From Nitrospirota bacterium (GTDB lineage: Bacteria; Nitrospirota; UBA9217), in contig CAVVUN010000002.1 of assembly GCA_963751455.1 (NCBI GenBank), positions 96,001 to 160,000 on the forward strand: a stretch of DNA of 64,000 nt. Reading direction: 5' to 3'. The translations under genes and the position numbers were made by a program. The notes below the pieces were generated by a model that saw nothing but the letters and a program-made list of their open reading frames with translations, did no database searches and was not told the DNA's origin. Shown here piece by piece: positions 1-10,264 of the stretch. The first letter of the stretch is position 1; each line of letters starts with the position of its first letter.

Positions 1-505
1 TCTGACAGCTATCGGTTCCCAAGCGGACTTCACCAAACTGACTGTTCAGAGCAGCTGGTATATCCCTGTCAGTACAGGCGTCATCGGGGCATGTCCGGGC
101 GCGGCGGCATGGCATGGACGCATAGAGACACCAGGGATATCCCTCTTCATGAGCGGTTCTACGCGGGCGGCAGCACCACGGTCCGGGGATACACGCAGGA
201 TTATGTGGGGCCGAACGCCGGAACGGTCAAAAATCCGGTCCCCCTTGGCGGAACAAGAATGGCCGTGTTCAATGCGGAATTGCGCCTGAACCCCGAGCGA
301 AGGCTTCGGTTTTGTATTGTTCTCGGACGCCGGTAAAATCTGGACTGAAGAGAACACGAATGAAGATATGCGCGCTTCATTTGGCGCAGGTATCCGTTAC
401 GGCACGCCTATAGGACCGTTACGCATTGACTACGGGCAGAAAATCCATCGCCGGCCGGACGAAAGCCCGGGAGAACTGCACTTTAATATCGGACATACTT
501 TTTAA
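1..505 (+). CDS. bamA: BamA/TamA-family outer membrane beta-barrel protein, C-terminal part (5' truncated; frameshift near 300)
   Basis: ERFYAGGSTTVRGY motif, then in the next frame GAGIRYGTPIGPLRIDYG...LHFNIGHTF with a terminal Phe. Confidence 0.8.
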
Positions 506-608
506 TGCCGCCCTCTCTCTGGACGGCAGCACTCATCAGTGGTATTATTACTATGGTAGCAGGCGCCATTTCCAGTATCTGCACAAAAACCGGTCTGCAA
601 AAAATCGC

Positions 609-2543
609 ATGAAAACACATAGAAGAATAATAGTCATGGTCTCATTAGGTCTGCTGCTTATCGTTGCGATCTCGATCCTGTCGCTGCGCATTATATCCGG
701 CGCTTTCTCGCATACCGTCGTAGGCATGCAGCGGATATCGGTCGAATTTCAGAGAATATGGGACATTGAGCGGAAATCAACGACATGTCCTATTCAGTCC
801 ACAATTTTTTAGAAAGCGGCAATCCGGTTTACAGAAAATCTTATGAAACGTCCCGCTCTGCCGTTCACCGGATTTTTGAGGAGATTTCGAGCGTTAACCT
901 CTCCCCCTCCGAACAGAATCTCATCAATGCGATAAGCTCAGACCTTGCCCGGATGGAACAGATATCCGCGCCCTTGTTCTCCCTCCCTTTGGACAAATCT
1001 TTGAACCAAAAGAGAATAATGCCGCTCGACAAATTGACCGAGTTGGACACCATAATCACATCGATAGGAAATACAATCGAACAGCATCAGCGCGAGAATT
1101 CATCCCACATGAAAAGAGTGATCGATGAACTGCATATGAACAGGGTGCGAGTCAGGATTCTTTTTCTCATTACGCTGATAACCTCCGTCAGTTTTCTTAT
1201 TGCTTTCGGGCTGTACATCCACCGAAAAGTCTCCGTCCCGCTGAACGACCTCTGGAAAGGCGCGGAAGAAATAAGCCTGGGAAATCTCGATTACCGCATG
1301 CAAGTGCCCGACGATGGGAGATATCGCCCAGCTTGCCGGGCGGTTCAACGAGATGACGCAAAAACTGAAGCTCTCGCACGCGGATCTCGAGCAGAAACTT
1401 TTTGACCGGACCCGGGAGCTTGCGGCTCTGGATTCAGTGGCACTTACACTGAGTACGGCGGGCACGCTCAAAGATCTGCTGGACAAGTCCCTGAACAAGA
1501 TCATGGAAAGCCTGGCAGGCATTCAACCCAAGGGCGGCGTGTTTCTGTGCGAATTGGAAGGCGAAACGCTCCGGCTTGTCGCGCACAAAGGACTTTCTCC
1601 GGAATTCGTGCAGCGCGAGACCGTGATAAGAATGGGTGAGTGCCTGTGCGGCATGGTGGCCAAGAACGGTGAACTGCTGTATACCGAGAACAGCTGTGAC
1701 GATAGACGGCACAGGCGCATGCCGGAAGAAGAGGGGCATTCCCATATCATCATCCCGATAAAATCGAGGGGCATAGTCCTCGGAGTTATTTTCCTCTATC
1801 CGCAGGTCGATTTCAAACTGAAGCCTTCGGATGTCCAGATGCTGGACGCCGTCGGCGCGCAGCTCGGTATGGCAGTTGAAAACTTCAGGTTTTATGCCGA
1901 GGTCAAGGAGTCGAGCGAAAAATACTGGGACCTGTTCGAGAACTCTCGCGATATCCTTTTTACAATTGATCTCAACGGCGGACTTATCTCTGTCAACAAG
2001 GAAGCCGAAAAAGTGTCTGGTTATTCCAAGCTCGAACTTTCGGGCAAAACGATTTTCGACTTTCTGACCAGCGAGGGGGTCGAGCGTGCAGCGAAAATGC
2101 TGTCCGGCGATGCGGAAGGCGCAGGCTTTCAATGGATCGAGTTCGAAGTCGTCAGGCGCGACGGGACCAGGATCTTCGCGGAAGTGAGCGCACGAAAGAT
2201 CGTGAAGGATCGGAAGCCGACCGGCTACCAGGTTTCCGCCCGGGACATAACCGAACAGAAAAATCTTCGGGTTTTGCTGGTCAAGGCCGAGCGTTTGGGC
2301 GCCATAGGCCAGGTGGGCGTTGCCGTTCGACATGAGATAAACAACCCTCTCACGACCGTGATCGGCAACGTCGAACTGTTGCTGGAGCGGTACGAGTACA
2401 AGGACAAGGAATTGACCGCACGCCTTGAGACGATCCTTCACAATGCACTGAGGATTGCCGAGATCGTCAAGCGGATCCAGAGCATCAAACAGGAGAAAGT
2501 CGTGGATTATCTCAAGGGCGTCAAGATGACGGACTTGAAATAA
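609..2543 (+). CDS. Membrane sensor: TM-periplasmic-TM-HAMP-GAF-PAS-HisKA, with no HATPase domain; split by two apparent indels (~780, ~1310)
   Basis: Three overlapping ORFs join into one domain series; GAF (GECLCG), PAS (DILFTIDLNG) and H-box HEINNPL, with the stop ~60 aa later. Confidence 0.7.
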
Positions 2544-2616
2544 AGACGACAAGCTTGAGAGACGAAGGGCGAGGGACGATGGACGAACAATACCGCGAAT
2601 TATCGATCGACGATGG

Positions 2617-3321
2617 ATGTCCGCTCGATGCGCGCGAATTGGAAGGCATTATTACTTCCAACTCATCCACGGTTTTCTATTTGCGTCCCTCGTCCATTCG
2701 TCCTTCGCTTTTTCCCTGTTTTCCCTCGTGCTTCTCATGTTTTTCTCTCCCTTCGTGGTTCATGCGGAACTCATCGACCGCGTGGTTGCCTCGGTCAATA
2801 ACGAGGTTATCACGCTGAGGGAACTCAACCAGGCAGTCAGCTTCAATGCCGGTCTTTCTGCGAGCGCCCAAAACGAACAGAAACTCCGTGCGGAAACGCT
2901 GGAAGGTCTTATCAACCGGCGGCTGCTGCTCCAGGAGGCATTCCGGATCAGGTTCGTGGAAGTTTCGGATCAGGACATAAGCGCTGAGATCAAAAAACTG
3001 AAAGAGCGGCTCGGGTCGGACAGCGATTATACCCGTTTTCTTTCTTTACTGGATAGTACTGAAGAGCAACTCGGCCGCATGTTGAGCGAGAGGCTTCTCG
3101 TACAGCGGTTCGTGGAGAAAAAGATCGGATTGTTCGTCCGTGTCAGCAGTGAGGAGGCAGAGAACTATTTCGACGATAATCCCGACGCATTCAAGGGCAA
3201 GCGGTTCCTGGAAGTGCAAAAGGCGATTACCGCTGCAATTTCCGAGCGAAAGCTGGAGCAGCAGACGGCTCAGTATCTCGACGAACTGAAGACCAGAGCG
3301 GAGATCAGGATAAACCCGTGA
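2617..3321 (+). CDS. SurA N-terminal-domain periplasmic chaperone (true start probably downstream)
   Basis: IDRVVASVNNEVIT...LINRRLLLQEA...YLDELKTRAEIRI. Confidence 0.75.
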   Translation: MSARCARIGRHYYFQLIHGFLFASLVHSSFAFSLFSLVLLMFFSPFVVHAELIDRVVASVNNEVITLRELNQAVSFNAGLSASAQNEQKLRAETLEGLINRRLLLQEAFRIRFVEVSDQDISAEIKKLKERLGSDSDYTRFLSLLDSTEEQLGRMLSERLLVQRFVEKKIGLFVRVSSEEAENYFDDNPDAFKGKRFLEVQKAITAAISERKLEQQTAQYLDELKTRAEIRINP

Positions 3322-3538
3322 ATGCAGAGACGGACTGGAAGGACGATGGATCGATGGGCAAAAAAAACGAGAAGATCGCCGGTAGTAGATTCTTTCTGAA
3401 GCTATAGCCGCTGTTTGTCCCTGTCGGGTTATATCAATGCATATCGATTAAACCTCGTCCCTATAGTGAATGACGTGAAAGTTCATCCCTCGTGCAGTTC
3501 AAGAGTGGTATTCCATCATATCAACAAGGAGGTTCACC

Positions 3539-4489
3539 ATGCAGAGAATCGTCATCATGATATGCACGGCTGTTCTTATCGCTGTTTTCAGCACCGGCTG
3601 CTTTGTTATCAAAGTAAACCTCGGCCCGGAGAGCGGACCGCTGGAGGAACAAACGATTACGGGCAAGGGCAAAGACAAGATAGTCCTGCTCGATATAACA
3701 GGAATTATAACGACTGAAGACTCGGGTTCGTTGCTGGGGGGGAAAAAGGACCTGGGTACCCTCGCTCTCATACGGGAACAGCTGGACAAGGCGCGGCGCG
3801 ACAAGAACGTAAAGGCAATTGTGGTCCGGATCGACAGCCCCGGCGGCGGGGTAACTGCCTCTGACATGCTGTATCATGAGCTGAAAAAATTCAAAGTCGA
3901 GACCGGGACGAAGATGGTAGCCCATTTCCTCGATACCGCAGCTTCCGGCGGATATTACGCGGCGCTCGCAGCGGACCGGATTACCGCTCAGCCGACCAGC
4001 ATCACGGGCAGCATCGGTGTTACCATGTTCAGGGTCGATGCGACAGGACTGATGCAGAAGATCGGGGTCCGGGCGATCGAGATATCGTCGGGCCCGCAGA
4101 AGGGGATGGGTTCTCCGTTCCGTGAAATGTCGAACGAGGAGAGAAAGATATTCGAGTCGATGATCGACTCGCTCTATGGAAGGTTTGTGAGCGTTGTGGC
4201 CGAGGAGAGAAAGATGAATACGGAACGGGTAAGAAAACTGGCTGACGGCCGGATCTATACGAGCCAGGAAGCGAAACAGGAGGGGCTCATCGACGATATC
4301 TGCTACCTTGAAGAAGCTTTCGGCCAGGCCAGAAAGCTCGCCAACCTGGAGCATGCCACCGTGGTCTCCTATGTCCGGCCGGGAGAATATCGCCCGAATA
4401 TCTATTCCATGAATATGAATTTGATCAATCTGAACCTGGGAGATATAGCGGGACCGGGGATCAGATTTACCTACCTATGGATGCCCTAG
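3539..4489 (+). CDS. sppA: Signal peptide peptidase SppA (S49), probable lipoprotein
   Basis: RIDSPGG, AASGGYY and TGSIGV motifs; AGGAGG RBS. Confidence 0.9.
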   Translation: MQRIVIMICTAVLIAVFSTGCFVIKVNLGPESGPLEEQTITGKGKDKIVLLDITGIITTEDSGSLLGGKKDLGTLALIREQLDKARRDKNVKAIVVRIDSPGGGVTASDMLYHELKKFKVETGTKMVAHFLDTAASGGYYAALAADRITAQPTSITGSIGVTMFRVDATGLMQKIGVRAIEISSGPQKGMGSPFREMSNEERKIFESMIDSLYGRFVSVVAEERKMNTERVRKLADGRIYTSQEAKQEGLIDDICYLEEAFGQARKLANLEHATVVSYVRPGEYRPNIYSMNMNLINLNLGDIAGPGIRFTYLWMP

Positions 4490-4658
4490 AAGAAGCGAAA
4501 ACTTGCAGTGTCAAAGGGTCAGAGCGTGGAGAATCAGAGAAGAATCATAATCTGCTACACGTTGATGCGTTGACGCCGTGTCTCTTCTAAAAGATAGTCC
4601 TTGAACAACGCTCCTTTTTTGTGGTAAATTTGCTACAGTTTATAAGGAGAGGCCGCGT

Positions 4659-5228
4659 ATGGGAAAAAGACTTTTGATCTTGTCCCTCATGGTGGTTGTG
4701 GCGAACAGTGTCGCCCTGGCTTCTGCCGCCCCGTCCTCTCTTCAGGAATTCCGGGACGCGGAAAAAATGTTTGTTTCAGGTCGATTTCACGAAGCAATTC
4801 CCGTGTACCGTAAGCTTCTTGTTTCTCTGCCGACCGGTGTTGCCTCAAGCACTATAAAGACCAGGATCGCTGACAGCTATTTCGGCCTTGGCTTATTTAG
4901 AGACGCGCTTGAATCGTACCGGTCAGCCATCAAAGAACAGGCAGAGCCGGAACAGGCCCAGACTCAATACTGGATTGGTTTTTCCTGTTTTCTCCTGGGC
5001 AGACACTCCGAGGCCGTGGCTGAATTTTTAAAGATACCGGAACAGCACCCATCCTCCGGGATGTGGGTAGGGACTGCCTATTACTGGGCGGGCAAGGTCT
5101 CGGAGAGAATGGGAAAAAAAGGTGAAGCCGCGGCCTACTATCGAAAGGCCGGGAGCGGCGGAAAATCAGTCCAAGGCCGGTTTGCTCTCAAGAAGGCGGA
5201 AGCGGTAACAGGGGAAAAGACCAAATAA
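4659..5228 (+). CDS. Exported tetratricopeptide-repeat protein (CpoB/BamD-like)
   Basis: Signal peptide plus TPR-like helices (QYWIGFSCF, AYYWAG). Confidence 0.7.
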   Translation: MGKRLLILSLMVVVANSVALASAAPSSLQEFRDAEKMFVSGRFHEAIPVYRKLLVSLPTGVASSTIKTRIADSYFGLGLFRDALESYRSAIKEQAEPEQAQTQYWIGFSCFLLGRHSEAVAEFLKIPEQHPSSGMWVGTAYYWAGKVSERMGKKGEAAAYYRKAGSGGKSVQGRFALKKAEAVTGEKTK

Positions 5229-5308
5229 CGGTAAGCTTGCCCTGCACCCTTGTACTTCGGCGCACTCGTAAGCACCGGGGGCAAGACTCGCGGGCAAGCG
5301 CTCGTTAC

Positions 5309-5353
5309 CGCACCCTGCATTCGCGGTCCACTCATAAACGCTGGGCGCAGGCT
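5309..5353 (-). repeat. Dispersed ~45 bp repeat (GCCTGC..TACGAGTG..CGCGAGTGCAGGGTG family); other copies at ~7493-7538 and ~13393-13437
   Basis: Three similar intergenic copies, one inverted. Confidence 0.6.
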
Positions 5354-5473
5354 GAGTGAAAGCAAATCCCACAGAATTTCAAGCGCTTGAAAATTAATCG
5401 CCGATATGTTTTCAGTAATAGAGACTGCAGCTATTTGAGCTTGTGATGTGAGATTTGGAGCCTGCTGAAAAAG

Positions 5474-7174
5474 ATGCTGAAAGAGCTGAATATTAAGAAC
5501 TTTGCCATCATCGACCAGTTGCGCGTGGAGTTTGGCAGCGGGTTGAATGTACTGACCGGGGAGACCGGAGCCGGGAAATCGATTGTCGTGGACGCCCTGA
5601 ACCTTGCCCTCGGCGAGCGCGCGAGCGGCGACCTCATCCGGACCGGCTGTCAGGAGGCAGTGGTTGAGGCCGCGTTCGAGCTGAACGGGCGCGGCAGTGC
5701 TGATGCCGGGAAACTGCTCTCGGAACACGGCATTGAGTTCGACTCCGGAGAGGACCTTATCGTGCGGCGGGTGCTCGCGGTCTCCGGCAAGAACAAGGTG
5801 TATATCAACGGGAGCCTCGCAAATCTGGCGCTGCTCTCAGCGCTCGGAAGCAGTCTGGCTGACATACACGGTCAGCATGAACATCAGTCTCTGCTGTCGT
5901 TGGACCGACAGATGGAGCTGCTTGACTCCTTCGGCGGGCTCGGCAATCTCTGCCGCGGCATCGCCGATGCATATTACCGGCTGCAGGACGTCCGGAAAGA
6001 GCTGGCCGGGCTTGAAGCCGGCGAGCGTGATCGGGCCCAGAGGGAGGACATGCTTCGTTTTCAAAAGAATGAGCTCGAGGCAGCCATGCTCAAGCCTGGC
6101 GAGGACGCTGATCTTGCAGGGGAGCAGAAGATACTGGCCAACTCCGAAAAGCTTGCAGCCGCTTCCCGTGCAGTTGACGAGACGCTGTATTCATCGGACC
6201 ATTCCGTATTGTCAGGTCTTAAAAAGGCCATGACCGGGCTGCGCGAAATCACTGCCATAGACGACCGGCTCCAGCCGGTGTTCCAGCTTTGCGAGTCGGG
6301 GAGGGCCCAGATCGAAGAAGCGGCGCGTGAAGTTTCCGCCTACGCGGAGCGAGTCGAATTCGATCCGGGACGGCTTGAACAGATCGGCGACCGGCTCGAT
6401 CTTATCCAGAAGCTCAGGAAGAAGTATGGCGCCACGATCGAAGAGGTGCTCGAATTCGGCGCAAAAGCTTCCGCCGAACTGGAACGCATGGAGCGGAGCA
6501 CCGAGGAGATAGAGCGGCTGAAAAAGGAAATTGAGGCCGTCAAATCGGAGTTGACTTCGCTCTCCGGGGACTTGAGCGTAAAACGGGGCACGGCTGCGCG
6601 CGGCCTTGAAAAAAAGATTGAAGCCGAACTGTCACACCTCGGCATGAAGAAAACGGCTTTCACCGTACAGATCTCGCAGGAACCGGGCGACGATACGCTC
6701 GACGGCCGCAAACTCGGCCCGCGCGGCGCTGACAAGGTGGAATTTCTTATTTCGCCGAATCCGGGTGAGGACCCGAAGTCGCTTGCGAAGATCGCCTCCG
6801 GCGGCGAATTGTCGCGGATCATGCTTGCGCTCAAAACCGTTCTCCTGGAAGGCGACGGGATCCCGACTCTGGTGTTCGACGAAGTGGATGCCGGCATCGG
6901 AGGGGCGGTTGCGGAAGAAGTCGGGAAAAAACTCAAACGTGTGGCAGCCACAAGACAGGTTTTTTGCATAACGCATCTGCCTCAGATCGCGAGCATGGCG
7001 ACCAGACACTACGGAGTGGCAAAGTCCGTGAAAAAGGACCGGACCAGCACGGAGGTGCGTCTGCTGAACACCACGGAACGCGTCGATGAAATAGCCCGGA
7101 TGCTGGCCGGCAAGACAGTAACAGAGGCTACGATCAGACACGCCGAGGAAATGATTGAACGGGGGAGCCTTTAA
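5474..7174 (+). CDS. recN: DNA repair protein RecN
   Basis: LTGETGAGKS, IHGQH, ASGGELSR, FDEVDAG and THLPQIA motifs; 566 aa. Confidence 0.95.
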   Translation: MLKELNIKNFAIIDQLRVEFGSGLNVLTGETGAGKSIVVDALNLALGERASGDLIRTGCQEAVVEAAFELNGRGSADAGKLLSEHGIEFDSGEDLIVRRVLAVSGKNKVYINGSLANLALLSALGSSLADIHGQHEHQSLLSLDRQMELLDSFGGLGNLCRGIADAYYRLQDVRKELAGLEAGERDRAQREDMLRFQKNELEAAMLKPGEDADLAGEQKILANSEKLAAASRAVDETLYSSDHSVLSGLKKAMTGLREITAIDDRLQPVFQLCESGRAQIEEAAREVSAYAERVEFDPGRLEQIGDRLDLIQKLRKKYGATIEEVLEFGAKASAELERMERSTEEIERLKKEIEAVKSELTSLSGDLSVKRGTAARGLEKKIEAELSHLGMKKTAFTVQISQEPGDDTLDGRKLGPRGADKVEFLISPNPGEDPKSLAKIASGGELSRIMLALKTVLLEGDGIPTLVFDEVDAGIGGAVAEEVGKKLKRVAATRQVFCITHLPQIASMATRHYGVAKSVKKDRTSTEVRLLNTTERVDEIARMLAGKTVTEATIRHAEEMIERGSL

Positions 7175-7266
7175 GAACAAACATGCAGAGAGCATGGCGC
7201 ATAGGGCATAGCTAAAACCTCATATGCTTTGCTCCATGCGCTTTGCGCTATGCAAACGGGGTGTTT

Positions 7267-7473
7267 ATGGGCAAGGTCGTCATCAATATCGAATATTGCA
7301 AAGGATGCCAGCTGTGCACGACGGCATGCGTGAAAAGGCTTCTGAAAATAAGCCCTGCGTTCAACAAGAGCGGCTATTATACGGTAGAATACCGCGGTGA
7401 AGAAGGAGCTTGCACAGGCTGCGCCTTGTGCGCCGAGATGTGTCCGGACGCGGCGATAGAAGTGTGGAAGTGA
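7267..7473 (+). CDS. 2x[4Fe-4S] ferredoxin, delta subunit of a 2-oxoacid:ferredoxin oxidoreductase
   Basis: CKGCQLCTTAC and CTGCALCAEMCP motifs; lies upstream of the OFOR alpha subunit. Confidence 0.85.
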   Translation: MGKVVINIEYCKGCQLCTTACVKRLLKISPAFNKSGYYTVEYRGEEGACTGCALCAEMCPDAAIEVWK

Positions 7474-7607
7474 ATCGATTGCGGAATGCGGAGCCTGCGC
7501 CCAGCGAATACGAGTGTAAACCGCGAGTGCAGGGTGTGCGGATTGCGGAATGAAAAATTGCAGCCGTATCGTCGTTTGGTCAATAAAAACCTTTCAGGGG
7601 CTTGTTA

Positions 7608-8726
7608 ATGGCAAAAATTCTCATATCCGGCAACGAAGCGCTGGCTGAAGCCGCAGTCCTTGCCGGCTGCAGGCGTTATTTCGGATACCCGATCACACCA
7701 CAGAACGAGATCCCTGAGTATCTTGCCCGCCGGTTGCCTGAAGCAGGCGGCACGTTCGTTCAGGCCGAGAGTGAGATTGCGGCCATCAACATGGTCTACG
7801 GTGCAGCAGCGGTGGGCGAGCGGGTCATGACGTCGTCATCGAGCCCGGGCATCAGCCTGATGCAGGAGGCGCTTTCGTTTATGACCGCATCGGAATTGCC
7901 CGCCGTCGTTGTCAATGTGCAGCGGGGCGGGCCGGGGCTCGGGAATATCTGGGCGTCCCAGGCTGATTACTTCCAGGCCGTGAAGGGCGGCGGACACGGC
8001 GATTACAAACTCCTTGTCTATGCGCCCTCAGGCATTCAGGAAATGGTCGATTTGACCATGCGTGCATTCGAGAAGGCGGACGAATACCGCAACCCCGTAA
8101 TGATCCTCGGAGACGCCGTGCTTGGACAGATGATGGAGCCGGTGGACCTTTCCGGCATCTCATGGCGAAAAATCGAAAAGCCGTGGGCATTGACCGGCGC
8201 CGGAACCGGCCCTGCAAAGGTCGTCCGGTCCCTGTTCATGCTGCCCGGCGAGGACGGAATGCTCGAGCGCCACAATTATGCGTTAAAGGCAAAATACGAC
8301 AGGATGGCCGAGCGTGAAGTGATGTACGAAGCATATATGACGGACGATGCGGAGCTCGTGCTCGTAGCTTTCGGCACAGCGGCACGCATTGTTAGAACGG
8401 CCGTCAAGACGGCCAGGAGCGAGGGCATCAAAGCCGGGCTGATCCGGCCCATTACGCTCTTTCCTTTCCCGGAGAAGATAATCGCGCAGACCGCCGAGCG
8501 GGTTGAACAACTGCTGGTTGTTGAAATGAACATGGGCCAGATGGTTGAAGATGTCCGGCTGGCGGTAAACGGCAGGGCCGATGTCTCTTTCTACGGCCGT
8601 CCGGGCGGCGCAATGCTGTCGGTTGAAGACATCATGCAGGCCATACGAAATATTCAATTCGACGTTCCAAGCTCCGAATTCGGAGTGATAAGTCCGGAAA
8701 CGGCACGGAACACGGAGAAAGGATAA
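7608..8726 (+). CDS. vorB: 2-oxoacid:ferredoxin oxidoreductase alpha subunit (VorB type)
   Basis: GYPITPQ, QAESEIAA, TSSSSPG and QRGGPGLG motifs. Confidence 0.85.
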   Translation: MAKILISGNEALAEAAVLAGCRRYFGYPITPQNEIPEYLARRLPEAGGTFVQAESEIAAINMVYGAAAVGERVMTSSSSPGISLMQEALSFMTASELPAVVVNVQRGGPGLGNIWASQADYFQAVKGGGHGDYKLLVYAPSGIQEMVDLTMRAFEKADEYRNPVMILGDAVLGQMMEPVDLSGISWRKIEKPWALTGAGTGPAKVVRSLFMLPGEDGMLERHNYALKAKYDRMAEREVMYEAYMTDDAELVLVAFGTAARIVRTAVKTARSEGIKAGLIRPITLFPFPEKIIAQTAERVEQLLVVEMNMGQMVEDVRLAVNGRADVSFYGRPGGAMLSVEDIMQAIRNIQFDVPSSEFGVISPETARNTEKG

Positions 8727-8729
8727 GTT

Positions 8730-9662
8730 ATGTCTAAAATCAAAAATATTCTGGACCTCATCGGGAATACCCCGATGATAAGGCTGAACAGAGTCGCACA
8801 GGAAGGGCATGCGGAAGTCTGGGCAAAGCTGGAAGGGGCTAATCCAGGGCGAAGCGTGAAAGACCGGCCTGCCCTTGCGATGATCGAGGATGCGGAGAAA
8901 AAGGGCAAACTCAAAAAAGGTATGACGATCGTGGAACCGACAAGCGGCAACACCGGGATCGGTCTCGCCATGGTCGCCGCAGTCAAGGGGTACCGTATCA
9001 TTCTGACTATGCCGGAATCGATGACGATCGAGCGCCGCAGGCTGCTCGAGGCGTACGGGGCGGAACTGGTGCTGACGCCCTCTGAAAAGGGCATGAAAGG
9101 CGCAGCGGTGAAGGCCGACGAGATTGCCGCATCAAGCCGGGAATTTTTTAAGCCGGACCAATTCGGCAATCCCGCAAATCCGCAGGTCCACCGGAAGACC
9201 ACCGCAAAAGAGATCCTTGCCTTTACCGGCTCGAAAAGGATCGATGCCTTCGTGGCCGGGATCGGAACCGGCGGCACGATCACGGGTGTTGGTGAAGTCC
9301 TGAAAAAGAAATTCAAGAACATCAAAATTATTGCCGTGGAGCCGGCCTCATCACCTCTGCTTTCCGGTGGCCAGCCGGGACCGCACGCGATACAGGGGAT
9401 CGGCCCGAATTTCATACCCGCGATCCTGAATACGAAAATTTATGATGAGGTCATTCAAGTTACGAACAACGACGCCGCGGACATGACAGCGCGGCTTTCC
9501 CGGGAGGAGGGCCTTCTTGTCGGGATCTCTTCAGGAGCAGCGTGCTGGGCCGCTTTGCAGGTCGCAGCCCGCCTGGGCAGGGGAAAGAGGGTCGTGACGG
9601 TATTTCCCGACGTCGGGGACCGCTACCTTACAATGGGAATCTTCGATAAAAAGAGCGGTTGA
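8730..9662 (+). CDS. cysK: Cysteine synthase A
   Basis: SVKDR (PLP lysine), EPTSGNTG, GTGGT and GISSGA motifs. Confidence 0.92.
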   Translation: MSKIKNILDLIGNTPMIRLNRVAQEGHAEVWAKLEGANPGRSVKDRPALAMIEDAEKKGKLKKGMTIVEPTSGNTGIGLAMVAAVKGYRIILTMPESMTIERRRLLEAYGAELVLTPSEKGMKGAAVKADEIAASSREFFKPDQFGNPANPQVHRKTTAKEILAFTGSKRIDAFVAGIGTGGTITGVGEVLKKKFKNIKIIAVEPASSPLLSGGQPGPHAIQGIGPNFIPAILNTKIYDEVIQVTNNDAADMTARLSREEGLLVGISSGAACWAALQVAARLGRGKRVVTVFPDVGDRYLTMGIFDKKSG

Positions 9663-10255
9663 TGAAAAGTCTGCTGTTCCGCGTAAGGAATATCCTCATC
9701 CGGCCAGGACAAGAATGGCGAGTGATCAGAGACGAACCGGCGACCTACGGCGGCATTATCCTCCGTTATGTCTGCGTGCTCGCAGTGATTCCGCCGCTTG
9801 CGGCCGTCGCAGGCCGGATCATTTTTGATCGTGATATTCCGCACGCCGCCCTCAGTTTATCCGCTGCCTATCTCGTCATCTCCAATATCGTGTGGTACTT
9901 CATGTTCCTGTCGAATGTGGTGATTGCAGGAGCGATAATTACGCTGATTGTGACACCGTCTGATTCGCGCATGAACGGCCTCCAGGGCCTGAAGATTTCA
10001 GCATACTCGTTTACCCCTCTCTTTATCGCCGGCTCTATTGCGGTCTTCCCGAAAATGGGATGGGTTTTGAATGCTGCAATTGCGTATAGTCTCTATCTGC
10101 TGTATCTCGGCATCATTGCTGTAGCGTCAATGGGGAAAAGGCAGGCTCTCGGGTATGCTGTCGGCTCATTTCTTTCTGTTGCAGTGATTGTGGGTTTTAT
10201 GAACCTTTTCGAGTACTTTCTCGAATCATTTGTTATGTCCAGGATCATGTTTTAG
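9659..10255 (+). CDS. Yip1-family membrane protein
   Basis: ILIRPGQEW N-terminus, AYSFTP motif, about five TM helices. Confidence 0.7.
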   Translation: MMKSLLFRVRNILIRPGQEWRVIRDEPATYGGIILRYVCVLAVIPPLAAVAGRIIFDRDIPHAALSLSAAYLVISNIVWYFMFLSNVVIAGAIITLIVTPSDSRMNGLQGLKISAYSFTPLFIAGSIAVFPKMGWVLNAAIAYSLYLLYLGIIAVASMGKRQALGYAVGSFLSVAVIVGFMNLFEYFLESFVMSRIMF

Positions 10256-10264
10256 CGGAGCTCC

